The position numbers and the translations under genes are program-made. A DNA stretch of 64,000 nucleotides from the NCBI GenBank assembly GCA_964519305.1, contig CAZFHY010000019.1:10762-74761 (forward strand). The letters are read 5' to 3'. Shown piece after piece: positions 1 to 8,954 of the stretch (positions are counted from its first letter, which is position 1; each line of letters begins with the position of its first letter). Under the pieces are notes generated by a model. It was not told the DNA's origin and searched no databases. It saw nothing but the letters and a program-made list of their open reading frames with translations. This DNA is from Candidatus Undinarchaeota archaeon. GTDB taxonomy: Archaea; SpSt-1190; JASMDC01.

Positions 1-1323
1 GACGCCGAGGGGGGGACCACGCGCTCCGTGGAGGATATGAACGTCATCCTCGATCTCAGGCTGCAGGCCCTCTGGTCGCGGGCGAAGGCCTATCTCGAGG
101 CCTATGCGCGGGAGCGTTACATGGAACGGGCACTGCTGTCAGGCATCATCAACGACGAGCGCATCCCGAGCCCGCCGGGAGGTCCGGGAGAGACCATGTC
201 GTGCAGGAAGCGAAAGGTCCTGGCGACCTCGGGCGGGATGGCTGAACCCTTCTCGGAGAACGCCCGGCTCTCCGTGGCCCGCGAGCTCCAGCGGATACGA
301 GAGGCGGCCGTCGACGAACGAGAGATCGAGTGGTCCATGCGCCTGGCCTCGGAACGTGTCAACATGACCTTCCTGGCCAATCCCGGTACACCCCTGAAGA
401 GCAATGAATCCATCGAGTACATAGCCGTTCCCATCCCCTTCATCGACCGACGTGGCGACGTCGATCCCATGTGTCTCAGTCGCTATAACGTGAGCTATAC
501 CGCACGGTACCCTGTGATGATGACCGTGCGCGACCTCCGACCGGCGGCAAGGGGCGCCCGGACCGGAGGGAGACCGCTGGAGTTCGTGTTCGTGCTCGAA
601 CCATTCCTGGCGGGCGTCGATCCCTTCGCCCGGCTCGGTGAGATATTCCCGCCCTCAGTGGATGACCTGTGCACACCCCACGGACAGTGCGAGATGGAGC
701 TTGCGGTCACCGGGCCGAACGACGTGCCCGTGGACGGTCGGGCGTGGCTGGACACGTGCGTGTACGGTTTCGAGAAGGGCAAGCTCGAACGGACACCGGT
801 CCCCTGCGGAGAGCGGACCCTCATCGTCGAGGCATTGCTCCCGCCCGGTCTCGGTCGCTATGTCGAGCGCGTGGACGTGGACGGGCTCCTATCTCGCCGC
901 ATCCAGCTAGGCGCACGTGGAAGGGTTCACGGCCGTGTGTACGTCAACGACCGTGTATGGTGCCCCGATTCGAAACGGGTGAAGGCCGAGGGCGAGCGCT
1001 CTCTCGGATTCGTTGAGGGAGTCCCACCACGCGCCGTCCACCTCCATCTCGTCCCCCTGGACGGGACCTTGGCGCTCGAGCTGTCCGCGGTCGCTGACGA
1101 GGAGGCAAGGTACACCTTCCCCGAGGTGGACGCCGGTTCGTACATGCTGCTGGCCCTCCCCTCCACCGATGCCGCTAACAGGCCGGCGTACAAGGTACGC
1201 TCCCGTGGCCAGGTCGTGACCGTCGGGGCCGGTGACCTCGAGGTGCCCGTTGAGATGTACCCTCTCATCCCGGTCCACACGAGCAGGGGCTACGAGTACG
1301 TCACTCGGGTCGAGGACTGCTGA
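1..1323 (+). CDS. Hypothetical protein, probably 5'-truncated; C-terminal beta-sandwich (carboxypeptidase-regulatory-like) region
   Basis: Frame is open from base 1; C-terminal 'ARYTFPEVDAGSYMLLA' resembles prealbumin-like beta-sandwich domains. Confidence 0.55.
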   Translation, partial: DAEGGTTRSVEDMNVILDLRLQALWSRAKAYLEAYARERYMERALLSGIINDERIPSPPGGPGETMSCRKRKVLATSGGMAEPFSENARLSVARELQRIREAAVDEREIEWSMRLASERVNMTFLANPGTPLKSNESIEYIAVPIPFIDRRGDVDPMCLSRYNVSYTARYPVMMTVRDLRPAARGARTGGRPLEFVFVLEPFLAGVDPFARLGEIFPPSVDDLCTPHGQCEMELAVTGPNDVPVDGRAWLDTCVYGFEKGKLERTPVPCGERTLIVEALLPPGLGRYVERVDVDGLLSRRIQLGARGRVHGRVYVNDRVWCPDSKRVKAEGERSLGFVEGVPPRAVHLHLVPLDGTLALELSAVADEEARYTFPEVDAGSYMLLALPSTDAANRPAYKVRSRGQVVTVGAGDLEVPVEMYPLIPVHTSRGYEYVTRVEDC

Positions 1324-1329
1324 GCAGGC

Positions 1330-2637
1330 TCACAGCGCGAACCGTTCTGTGACCACCTGAACGTCAGGTACACCGAGCTCGGCCAGCGTCGTCCTGAGCG
1401 CGTCCATCATTGGCGGTGGACCGCAGATGAAGTAGGTTGCGGTTGTAAGCTCCTCGACCTCGTCCTTAAGGACGGTGACGTCGACAAAGCCGTTGCGCAT
1501 CCCCTCGACCTTCTCCTGGGATAGGATGTGGACCACGCGCAGCCAGTCGGAACCACGCTCGATGGCGGCCAGTTCCCCGAGGAAGGCGATGTCGCCCTGG
1601 CTCCGGTTGGCGTAGAGCAGCAGAGTCCGCGGTTGTGTCCTCCCTTGCTCCTGCATGGCGCGTAGCATGCTCATCAGGGGCGTGATGCCGATACCACCGG
1701 CGATGAGAACGAACGGGCCGGGCATGTCCTTGTTGGAGAACACACCGTAGGGGCCTTCGACATGGGCCGTGTCCCGTCTCCCGACCTTGCCGAGAAGGCT
1801 GGTGAAGTCGCCCGACTCCTTGATCGAGAACGAGATGGCGTCAGCGCCCGGGGCAGAGGCGATGGTGAAGGGGTGCTCCTCCACAGGGATGTCCTCGGAC
1901 GTGAACGTGAGGAAGGCGAACTGTCCCGGTTCGTGGTCGAGGACGGCACTCTCCACCGGCCGGAGGGTGATAGTGTGGACGTCATGGGTCTCGAGCTTGT
2001 TGGTGACCACCTCATACTCACTGCCCGTAAACGTCATGCGCCGGACCACGTACCGGTACACTACCGCTCCAACGGACACCGCGGTCAAGAGCAGCCACCA
2101 TGTGTAGAGTGGGCGTCCGTTCTTGATGTCTGAACCGAGGACGAGGCTATGGTAGAGCCCGATTGCGGCCAGGAGATAGGTGAGGAGATGGACGATGCGC
2201 CAGCGCTCGTACAAGAGCCCCAGCTGCTTGCGCTTGAGCACGCTGATCCAGATGATGCCTATGACCACGGCACCGATAACACCGCCCAGGATGTCGGTGC
2301 CGTACATGGTGTAAGGGGCTGTGATATCCCCCTTCAGGAGCTCCCTGATGAAGAGGAGAAGGGGGTGGACGATGACGAACAGCGCGATGAGCTTGGCGTT
2401 CACAGAATGCCAGCGCATGATGCGGTCGAGACCGATGCCCCGTTCCAGAGAACGCCAGCGGGAGGCCAGCACGAGCTGGATGGCGATGGCGGTGAGGGCA
2501 AGTGTGCCCGCTGCCTGCCCGAGGCTGTAGACGGATGGAGGAGCGGGCTGGGGCAGCACGGTAATGACCACCCCCGCTATCATGAGGCACACATAGAGCA
2601 GCTTGAGCGTGGCCGCCTTGTGATCGTCACGGAGCAT
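1330..2637 (-). CDS. Ferric reductase-like transmembrane FAD/NAD(P)-binding oxidoreductase
   Basis: About 6 TM helices with heme His pairs (RWHS, IVHP, IVHL, LYHS); PGQF, EEHPFTI, EGPYG, AGGIGITP and ICGPPPM FNR-family motifs; start chosen at ATG 2637 from TATA spacing. Confidence 0.9.
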   Translation of the reverse strand: MLRDDHKAATLKLLYVCLMIAGVVITVLPQPAPPSVYSLGQAAGTLALTAIAIQLVLASRWRSLERGIGLDRIMRWHSVNAKLIALFVIVHPLLLFIRELLKGDITAPYTMYGTDILGGVIGAVVIGIIWISVLKRKQLGLLYERWRIVHLLTYLLAAIGLYHSLVLGSDIKNGRPLYTWWLLLTAVSVGAVVYRYVVRRMTFTGSEYEVVTNKLETHDVHTITLRPVESAVLDHEPGQFAFLTFTSEDIPVEEHPFTIASAPGADAISFSIKESGDFTSLLGKVGRRDTAHVEGPYGVFSNKDMPGPFVLIAGGIGITPLMSMLRAMQEQGRTQPRTLLLYANRSQGDIAFLGELAAIERGSDWLRVVHILSQEKVEGMRNGFVDVTVLKDEVEELTTATYFICGPPPMMDALRTTLAELGVPDVQVVTERFAL

Positions 2638-2689
2638 GTATAGGTCGAGGACATGAAAGCTCATATATCTGAGCAGCGTGTCAGGGCCC

Positions 2690-3103
2690 ATGGAGCCTGT
2701 CGTACGCCCTTTCAGAGAAGAGGACATCCCTCATCTGGTTGAGGTTCTCAAGCTCAATGGACAGTACGACTACCCTGAGGTGGATGGGCCTGAGGCCATG
2801 AGGCGAGTGGCTGCGTGCGAGGCCGCCATATTCCTGGTGGCCGAGGCCGACGGTCGGCCCTGTGGGCTCCTCCGGGCGGTGGACGACGGATCCCGGGCAC
2901 TCATCCACTTGCTTTCAATCCATCCCGAAGACCAGGGCAAAGGTATAGGGAGCGCACTCGTGGACGCGGCCGTGGCCGGACTACGGGAAGGGGGCACGCC
3001 TACGGTCAGCGTCACGGTCAGCGAGAAGAGTGCTGGATTCTGGGAGAAACAGGATTTCATGCTCCTGCCCGTGTCCCTCATGCTCAGGGAGCTGAAAGGA
3101 TGA
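2690..3103 (+). CDS. GNAT family N-acetyltransferase
   Basis: 'LSIHPEDQGKGIGSALV' acetyl-CoA motif A and 'GFWEKQDF'. Confidence 0.9.
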   Translation: MEPVVRPFREEDIPHLVEVLKLNGQYDYPEVDGPEAMRRVAACEAAIFLVAEADGRPCGLLRAVDDGSRALIHLLSIHPEDQGKGIGSALVDAAVAGLREGGTPTVSVTVSEKSAGFWEKQDFMLLPVSLMLRELKG

Positions 3104-3567
3104 GGCGTGCCGACCGTGAGGTCACTGACGAGAGCGAGCTCGTGTCCATCCTTGAACGCGCGACGGTATGTCGGCTCGGGATGTGCGCGGACGGTGAACC
3201 GTACGTGGTCCCTCTGAACTTCGCTCACGTCGATGGCCGCCTCTACTTCCATTCCGCGACCGAGGGGAAGAAGCTCGATATAATCCGGAGGAACAAGAAG
3301 GTCTGCTTCGAGGTGGACGTGGACACCGAGGTGGTCCCCGCCCCGAGCCCGTGCGGGTGGGGGATGCGATACACGAGCGTCATCGGGTCCGGGGCAGCAT
3401 CAATCATCGAAGATCCTGACGAGAAACGCTCGGCGCTCGATGCTATCATGGCACATTATGGCGGTCATGGGGCCGATTACCCCGAGCCCATGCTCCGCAA
3501 GGTCGCGATCATCAGGGTGGACATCGAGCGTATGACGGGAAAAAGGTCAAAGGCAGAGGAACGCTAG
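3100..3567 (+). CDS. Pyridoxamine 5'-phosphate oxidase-like flavin-binding protein (NimA-like)
   Basis: 'MRRADRE', 'PYVVPLNF', 'LYFHSATEGKK', 'YTSVIGSG', 'MTGK'; ATGA overlap with the GNAT stop. Confidence 0.9.
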   Translation: MRRADREVTDESELVSILERATVCRLGMCADGEPYVVPLNFAHVDGRLYFHSATEGKKLDIIRRNKKVCFEVDVDTEVVPAPSPCGWGMRYTSVIGSGAASIIEDPDEKRSALDAIMAHYGGHGADYPEPMLRKVAIIRVDIERMTGKRSKAEER

Positions 3568-4665
3568 ATGGATGATCACGCTCGACTATGGACTGTCCCG
3601 GAAATCGACCCGAAATGGTCGATGCGCTGGTACTGGTGGTTCTGGCTCGTGTTCCTGGACGATCCCATCGCCACGGACCATCCCCGCCAGCTCATGGTGC
3701 TGTGGACGCACAAGGAAACAGCGACCTTGTTCAACGACATGCTAGTCCGGACGGAGGACGGTATCACCCGGGGGCCGGGGCGCGAATCCTTTCCCGGTGT
3801 GGTCGCTGCCTGGTACTTCGACGGAGAGCGCATGGACCCCGAGCTGACCTTCGAGCGGGGGACCATTACAGCAGAGCACGAAGGTGACGATCCTGGTAAT
3901 GGACGCCTCTCCCTCGTGCCCAATGACGGTACCGAGTGTTCGTTCTCAGGACGACCGGGGGACTGGCGTGTGCGGCTCCTCAACGAGAAGGCCGACGTTG
4001 ATCTGGCCATACGCCTCGACGAGCCCTCATCGTTCAATAGACCGTCCTACACCCGGAACCGGATCGTAGCAAATAGGTTCATGTACACTGCCCTGGAGCT
4101 AAATCGCTGCACGGCCGAGGGGAGCATCGACGACGAACGTGTGACGGGCACCGCGTATTTCCAGCGCATAGGTCTAAACAGTCCCATGGGACCCTGGTAC
4201 TGGGGCGTGTTCCACTTTTCCGATGGCTCGGTGCTCAAGTACTTCTTCCCTCACGTTTCCACCAGCGTATTCCACCACGGTCCTGATGAGAGGTTACCAT
4301 GGCATGAGAGGCGGGTGTTACCGGTAAGGCGACAGGCGGAGTTCTACCACGCACCAACGGACACCACTCACAAGTTCTCGGGCGGCACCGTGGAAAAGGG
4401 GCTGGACACTGATGGGCACCCCACATGGAAGTTGCGCGTCCATGAAGGAAAGACAAGACTCGATGTGGACCTTGCGACCTATGCTCGCGCAGTCTGGCGC
4501 TTTCGCCCCCAGCGGGCACGCACTCCGCTCAACGACATGTACTACAACGAGTACCCCACCCGCGTCACCGCTTTCTCTCTCAACGGACCAGATGGTCGGC
4601 TCACCCTGGACGACATCGGACCCGGGATAGGTAACACGGAGCACAACTGGGGCGGGCTGGTGTAA
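3568..4665 (+). CDS. Hypothetical protein, possible AttH/CrtC (double lipocalin-like barrel) fold
   Basis: Trp-rich 'WYWWFW', 'VTGTAYFQ', 'PWYWGVFHFSDGS', C-terminal 'GIGNTEHNWG'. Confidence 0.55.
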   Translation: MDDHARLWTVPEIDPKWSMRWYWWFWLVFLDDPIATDHPRQLMVLWTHKETATLFNDMLVRTEDGITRGPGRESFPGVVAAWYFDGERMDPELTFERGTITAEHEGDDPGNGRLSLVPNDGTECSFSGRPGDWRVRLLNEKADVDLAIRLDEPSSFNRPSYTRNRIVANRFMYTALELNRCTAEGSIDDERVTGTAYFQRIGLNSPMGPWYWGVFHFSDGSVLKYFFPHVSTSVFHHGPDERLPWHERRVLPVRRQAEFYHAPTDTTHKFSGGTVEKGLDTDGHPTWKLRVHEGKTRLDVDLATYARAVWRFRPQRARTPLNDMYYNEYPTRVTAFSLNGPDGRLTLDDIGPGIGNTEHNWGGLV

Positions 4666-4722
4666 GAGTCTCACGTCCCCGGGGAAACCTTTTTATCCCA
4701 CATCGGTCCCCGTCCCTTTCGG

Positions 4723-5151
4723 ATGGTGCTACGTATGCCCGCTTGGTTCACTTTTGCCCTGATAGCCATGCTACTTTGGGGGTTGTGGGGGATATTCCCC
4801 AAGCTCGCTACCAACCACATAGACCCGAGGAGCGTCCTTGTGTTCGAGGGTGTTGGCCGGTTCGTTGTGACCCTTGTGGTCCTGGCCATGATAGGGTTCC
4901 GACCGGAAATGAAAGTTGAAGGTGTGTCGTACGCCTTTCTTGGTGGGCTGATCGGGAGCATCGGTGCCGTGTTCTTCTTCTACGCTGTCAGTCAGGGCAA
5001 GGCTTCCGTCGTCGTGACAACGACCGCGCTCTACCCGCTGATAACCATCTTGGCCTCGTACCCGCTCCTGGGCGAGGTACCGTCAACACGACAGGGTATC
5101 GGGATGGTGTTCGCGATGATCGCCCTCGTGCTGTTCTCGGTGGAGGCCTAG
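4723..5151 (+). CDS. EamA/DMT family transporter (single domain)
   Basis: About 5 TM helices; 'WGLWGIFPKLA', 'YAVSQGKASVV..TALYP...LLGE'. Confidence 0.85.
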   Translation: MVLRMPAWFTFALIAMLLWGLWGIFPKLATNHIDPRSVLVFEGVGRFVVTLVVLAMIGFRPEMKVEGVSYAFLGGLIGSIGAVFFFYAVSQGKASVVVTTTALYPLITILASYPLLGEVPSTRQGIGMVFAMIALVLFSVEA

Positions 5152-5160
5152 GCGTCCGGA

Positions 5161-5913
5161 TCACCAGATGCCGGGAACTAGCAGGTATGGCACCTTCCTC
5201 GTATACTCCTTGTACCCGTCAAGGTTCTCTTGGAGGAACGCGTCCTCCTTGGCCGTGCGGAGGATGATGACGGCGATGGCGAGCATGCCCGGGACGAGAG
5301 CTATCGCAGAACCAAAGAACAGGGGGACGCCGAACAGGGCAGGAAGGCTCCCGGCGTAGCCCGGATGTCGGACGTATGAATAGGGGCCCGAGTCGATGAC
5401 CTGATGGTCGCGTTCCTTCTGGATGCGGACAAAGACCTCGAAGAACCGGTTCTCGCCCATGGCCCAGGTCCCGACGGCGAACCCGATGGTGTAGAGGACG
5501 AAACCGAGCGGTGCGAGGTACGGATCGAGCAGCGTCCATTGTGGCACCCAGGCGACAGTCCACCCGTAGCGCCCGATGTCCAATCCGACGACCAGTGGCT
5601 GTAGGCGGGCCCCGAGGAGCATGAAGAGTGGCATGAGCCACCTGTCCCAGGGCTCGGACTCCTGACGGTTCCCGAACCGGTGGGTCACCATGCCCGGATT
5701 GTGCCGGTAGAAAAACGCCATGCTGGCGAACGTGTACACGAACATTATGCCCAGGAACTGCCAACCTCTGAGGATGTCCGTGTGGCCGGCACCGACGAAC
5801 AGGAGCGCTGCCGTCAGGCCCACCGAGAAGACGCTGATGGCAAGCATCTTCATCGTGGCACGGACAAGCCCTTCTTCCTTCCCTTCGTCCGAAGCACGTT
5901 CCTTCTTGCTCGT
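5161..5913 (-). CDS. Isoprenylcysteine carboxyl methyltransferase (ICMT/PEMT) family membrane protein
   Basis: 'NRFF..FVRIQKERDHQVIDSGPYSYVRHPGYAG', 'RTAKEDAFL..LDGYKEY..KVPYLLVPGIW'; start uncertain (ACG at 5913 or ATG near 5853). Confidence 0.85.
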   Translation of the reverse strand, partial: TSKKERASDEGKEEGLVRATMKMLAISVFSVGLTAALLFVGAGHTDILRGWQFLGIMFVYTFASMAFFYRHNPGMVTHRFGNRQESEPWDRWLMPLFMLLGARLQPLVVGLDIGRYGWTVAWVPQWTLLDPYLAPLGFVLYTIGFAVGTWAMGENRFFEVFVRIQKERDHQVIDSGPYSYVRHPGYAGSLPALFGVPLFFGSAIALVPGMLAIAVIILRTAKEDAFLQENLDGYKEYTRKVPYLLVPGIW

Positions 5914-6001
5914 AGTAATCACCCCAGTTATGATCCCATGGCTCGGTATCCTTATTCCACTGACTGAGCTGCAATCCCCTGTTCCAGCACCCGCTAGGTA
6001 A

Positions 6002-6262
6002 CTACTCCTCGCCGAACAAGTGCTTGAGCGGTCGGATGTAGAACACCAGCCCCAGGACGATGAACACCCACCAGTAGGGCATGATCTGGATGTGGAAGTA
6101 GGCCCCAACCGGTAGCCCGAAGCAGAACGCCGCAGCCTTTATCAGCCGGACGTCGATGAAGTCCAGCTTTGTCACCTTGTAGTCCAGCCACTCGTGCCAT
6201 CCCATGTCCTTGGGGTTCTTCTTCGTGGGTTCGATCGTGTCCTTGATTTCTTCTTCAGCCAT
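6002..6262 (-). CDS. Small two-TM membrane protein, paralog A
   Basis: GGTGA RBS before ATG; highly similar to the adjacent ORF. Confidence 0.75.
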   Translation of the reverse strand: MAEEEIKDTIEPTKKNPKDMGWHEWLDYKVTKLDFIDVRLIKAAAFCFGLPVGAYFHIQIMPYWWVFIVLGLVFYIRPLKHLFGEE

Positions 6263-6273
6263 GATGTATCACC

Positions 6274-6528
6274 TTACCCGAACATGTCCTTGAGAGGCCG
6301 GATGTAGAACAGCACTGCCAGGACCACCAGTGGGATCCAGTAGGGCGTGATGTACGTGGGGAAGTGCGCCCCCACCACAAGCCCGAGGAGGAACACGGCC
6401 CACCCGATGAGCTTCATGTCGATATAGTCAAGCTTCGTCACCTTGAAGTCCAGCCACTCGTGCCAGCCCATGTCCTTGGGATCCTTCTTCGTGGATTCGA
6501 TAATTTCCTTTGATTCTTCTTCTGCCAT
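6274..6528 (-). CDS. Small two-TM membrane protein, paralog B
   Basis: Shares 'PKDMGWHEWLD.KVTKLD.ID' and 'FYIRPLK' with 6002..6262. Confidence 0.75.
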   Translation of the reverse strand: MAEEESKEIIESTKKDPKDMGWHEWLDFKVTKLDYIDMKLIGWAVFLLGLVVGAHFPTYITPYWIPLVVLAVLFYIRPLKDMFG

Positions 6529-6548
6529 AGTGCATCATCTCCTTTTCG

Positions 6549-7736
6549 CTACTTTCTCAAGCTCTCCACGGGGTGGAGCTGGGCCGCCTGCCACGCGGGC
6601 ATTACCCCCGACAGGCTGCCGGTGAGGAACGAGAAGCCAAGTGCTGTGCCGATGAGACCTGGTGTGATGTAGAGGTGGAGGATGAAGCCGGCGGCCCCGG
6701 CTCCCGCCTGGGCGAGGAGGGCGAACGAAAGCCCCACGGCCACCCCCAGAAGCCCCCCCACGAGTCCCAGAAGGCCCGACTCGATAAGGAAGATGGCGAG
6801 GATGTCGCCGTTGCGGGCGCCCACGGCCTTGAGTATACCGATCTCCCGCTGGCGCTCCATCACCGATGTGTACATGGTGTTCATGATGCCGATGCCCCCC
6901 ACCACCAGGGCGATGGAGGCAACACCAACGAACAGCACCTGGATGGCGAGCATGATCCCTCCCATGAGGTCCATCATCTGGTTGGCGGTCTGGACCGAGA
7001 AGTCCGCCTGGCCCCGGAAGTCCTCCAGCTCCTCCTTGATGTCCTCGGCCACCTTGGCGGGATCGAGGCCGGGGCGGACAATGGCTATGACATTGGACAC
7101 CTCCTCGGGCTTGTCCATGAGCACCCGTGCCATGTCCTTGGTGATGTAGACCTGGGCGTCGTCCTGGGAGTTTCCCATGCTCTCGAGTATCCCGACGACC
7201 TTGAAACGGTGGCCCTCCACAACAATGTTGGAGCGCAGGGGCACCGGTTTGTCGAAGAAGCCCTCGGCGATCCTGGAGCCTATGACTATGTTGGAGCGGT
7301 CGGCGGGATTGAGCATCCGTCCCGCCGACACATCAAAGCCCATTCGGTGGAAGAAGAACTCTATGTCCTTTGCGTCGATACCGAGGAGGAAGGTGATGTA
7401 CTTCTCCTGGCCGTGCTCGAGGTTGGCGGCGCCCGAGAGCATACCGAACGCCCGGTCCACGCCCCGGACCCGGTCCACCACCTTGATGTCGCGCTCGGTG
7501 AGCGCCCCCGCGGAGACACCGAAGCTTCCCATCCCCCCCTCACCTGTGAGGATCATCACCATGTCGGTCCCCATGCGCTCGAACTGCTCGTCCATGTAGC
7601 CCTCCAGCCCCTTGGTGATGGAGATAAGGCTCACGACTGCCGCCACGGCGATGAACACCCCCAGGACGGTCAGCCAGGAGCGAAGCCCCCGCCTAGTCAG
7701 GTTCCGTACCGCGATGATGAAGTATTCGCCAATCAT
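6549..7736 (-). CDS. ABC transporter permease, MacB/FtsX (SalY) family
   Basis: 'RSWLTVLGVFIAVAAVV', 'VGGIGIMNTMYTSVMERQREIGILKAVGA', 'AAQLHPVESLR'. Confidence 0.93.
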   Translation of the reverse strand: MIGEYFIIAVRNLTRRGLRSWLTVLGVFIAVAAVVSLISITKGLEGYMDEQFERMGTDMVMILTGEGGMGSFGVSAGALTERDIKVVDRVRGVDRAFGMLSGAANLEHGQEKYITFLLGIDAKDIEFFFHRMGFDVSAGRMLNPADRSNIVIGSRIAEGFFDKPVPLRSNIVVEGHRFKVVGILESMGNSQDDAQVYITKDMARVLMDKPEEVSNVIAIVRPGLDPAKVAEDIKEELEDFRGQADFSVQTANQMMDLMGGIMLAIQVLFVGVASIALVVGGIGIMNTMYTSVMERQREIGILKAVGARNGDILAIFLIESGLLGLVGGLLGVAVGLSFALLAQAGAGAAGFILHLYITPGLIGTALGFSFLTGSLSGVMPAWQAAQLHPVESLRK

Positions 7737-7745
7737 GATTATCCC

Positions 7746-8945
7746 TCACTCGTATCTCAACGCCTCCACGGGATGGAGGTTCGCTGCTTGCATGGCCGGG
7801 AGCACCCCCGAGAGGCTCCCCACCAGGAAGGAGAACCCGATGGAGCCGATCCACAGGTGGATCCCCAGGTCCGGCTGCATGGCCGAGATGCCCGCAGCCG
7901 TTGCCCCGATGCCCATGAGCAGACCCAGGCCCGCGCCCACCATGCATCCCAGGATGCCGCCCACGGTGCCCAGCATCCCCGACTCGATGAGGAAGATAGC
8001 AAGTATGTCGCCGTTGCGTGCGCCCACGGCCTTGAGTATGCCGATCTCCTGGGTGCGCTCCAGGACGGAGGTGTACATGGTGTTCATGATACCGATGCCG
8101 CCCACCACCAGGGAGATGGCCGCCATCCCCACGATGAGGCCCTGCATGGCCAGCATGGCGCCGGCCACCATCTCTGCCATGCCGGCCATGGTATTGACCG
8201 CAAAATCCTCCTTGCCCCGGTGGTCCTCCAGCTCCTCCTTGATCTTGTCGGCCACCTTCTGGGGGTCGAACCCCTTCTTGGGCCTCACGTAGATCATGGA
8301 GATCTCATCCCCCACCCCCAGGACCTCCTTGCCCTTGTCCCAGGGGACGAAGAAGTTGGAGTTGTCCTCCTTGTTCCCGAAGTCCTCCATGACCCCCACC
8401 ACGGTGAAGGTGTGGCCGCGGACGTCCACCTTGCTGCGCAGGCGGACGGGCTTGTCGAACTTGTCCAGGGTGTACTCCAGGCCCACGACGGCCGCGTCGC
8501 GGTCCGACTTCAGAAGGTCCCTGCCCTGCTCCACCTGAAACCCGAACCCCTTCCCGATGATGCCGTCCATGAGATGGTTGGGGGTGACCACGAAGTAGCC
8601 CCGTTCCTCCTGTCCACCATGCTCGAAGGTAACCACCGTGAATATGAAGGGCGCCGCGTAGTCCACCCCACGCACCCGCTCGATGACCTTTACGTCCTTT
8701 GAGGTCATGGGCTCGATGGCCAACCCGCCCGCGCCCATGGTGCCGCCCACGCCGGGCAGGACCATGATCAGGTCGTACCCGATCTTGGAGTAGGCCTCGT
8801 CCATGTAGTTCTGGAGCCCGGCGCCCATGGACACCAGGGATACGACCGCGGCGATGCCGATGAAGATGCCGAGCACGGTGAGGAACGACCGGGTCCCGCG
8901 ACTGCGCAGGTTCCTGAACGCGATGCGGAAGTAGTCTGCGATCAT
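7746..8945 (-). CDS. ABC transporter permease, MacB/FtsX (SalY) family
   Basis: Same MacB periplasmic-core + FtsX architecture and motifs. Confidence 0.93.
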   Translation of the reverse strand: MIADYFRIAFRNLRSRGTRSFLTVLGIFIGIAAVVSLVSMGAGLQNYMDEAYSKIGYDLIMVLPGVGGTMGAGGLAIEPMTSKDVKVIERVRGVDYAAPFIFTVVTFEHGGQEERGYFVVTPNHLMDGIIGKGFGFQVEQGRDLLKSDRDAAVVGLEYTLDKFDKPVRLRSKVDVRGHTFTVVGVMEDFGNKEDNSNFFVPWDKGKEVLGVGDEISMIYVRPKKGFDPQKVADKIKEELEDHRGKEDFAVNTMAGMAEMVAGAMLAMQGLIVGMAAISLVVGGIGIMNTMYTSVLERTQEIGILKAVGARNGDILAIFLIESGMLGTVGGILGCMVGAGLGLLMGIGATAAGISAMQPDLGIHLWIGSIGFSFLVGSLSGVLPAMQAANLHPVEALRYE

Positions 8946-8954
8946 GGTCTCACC

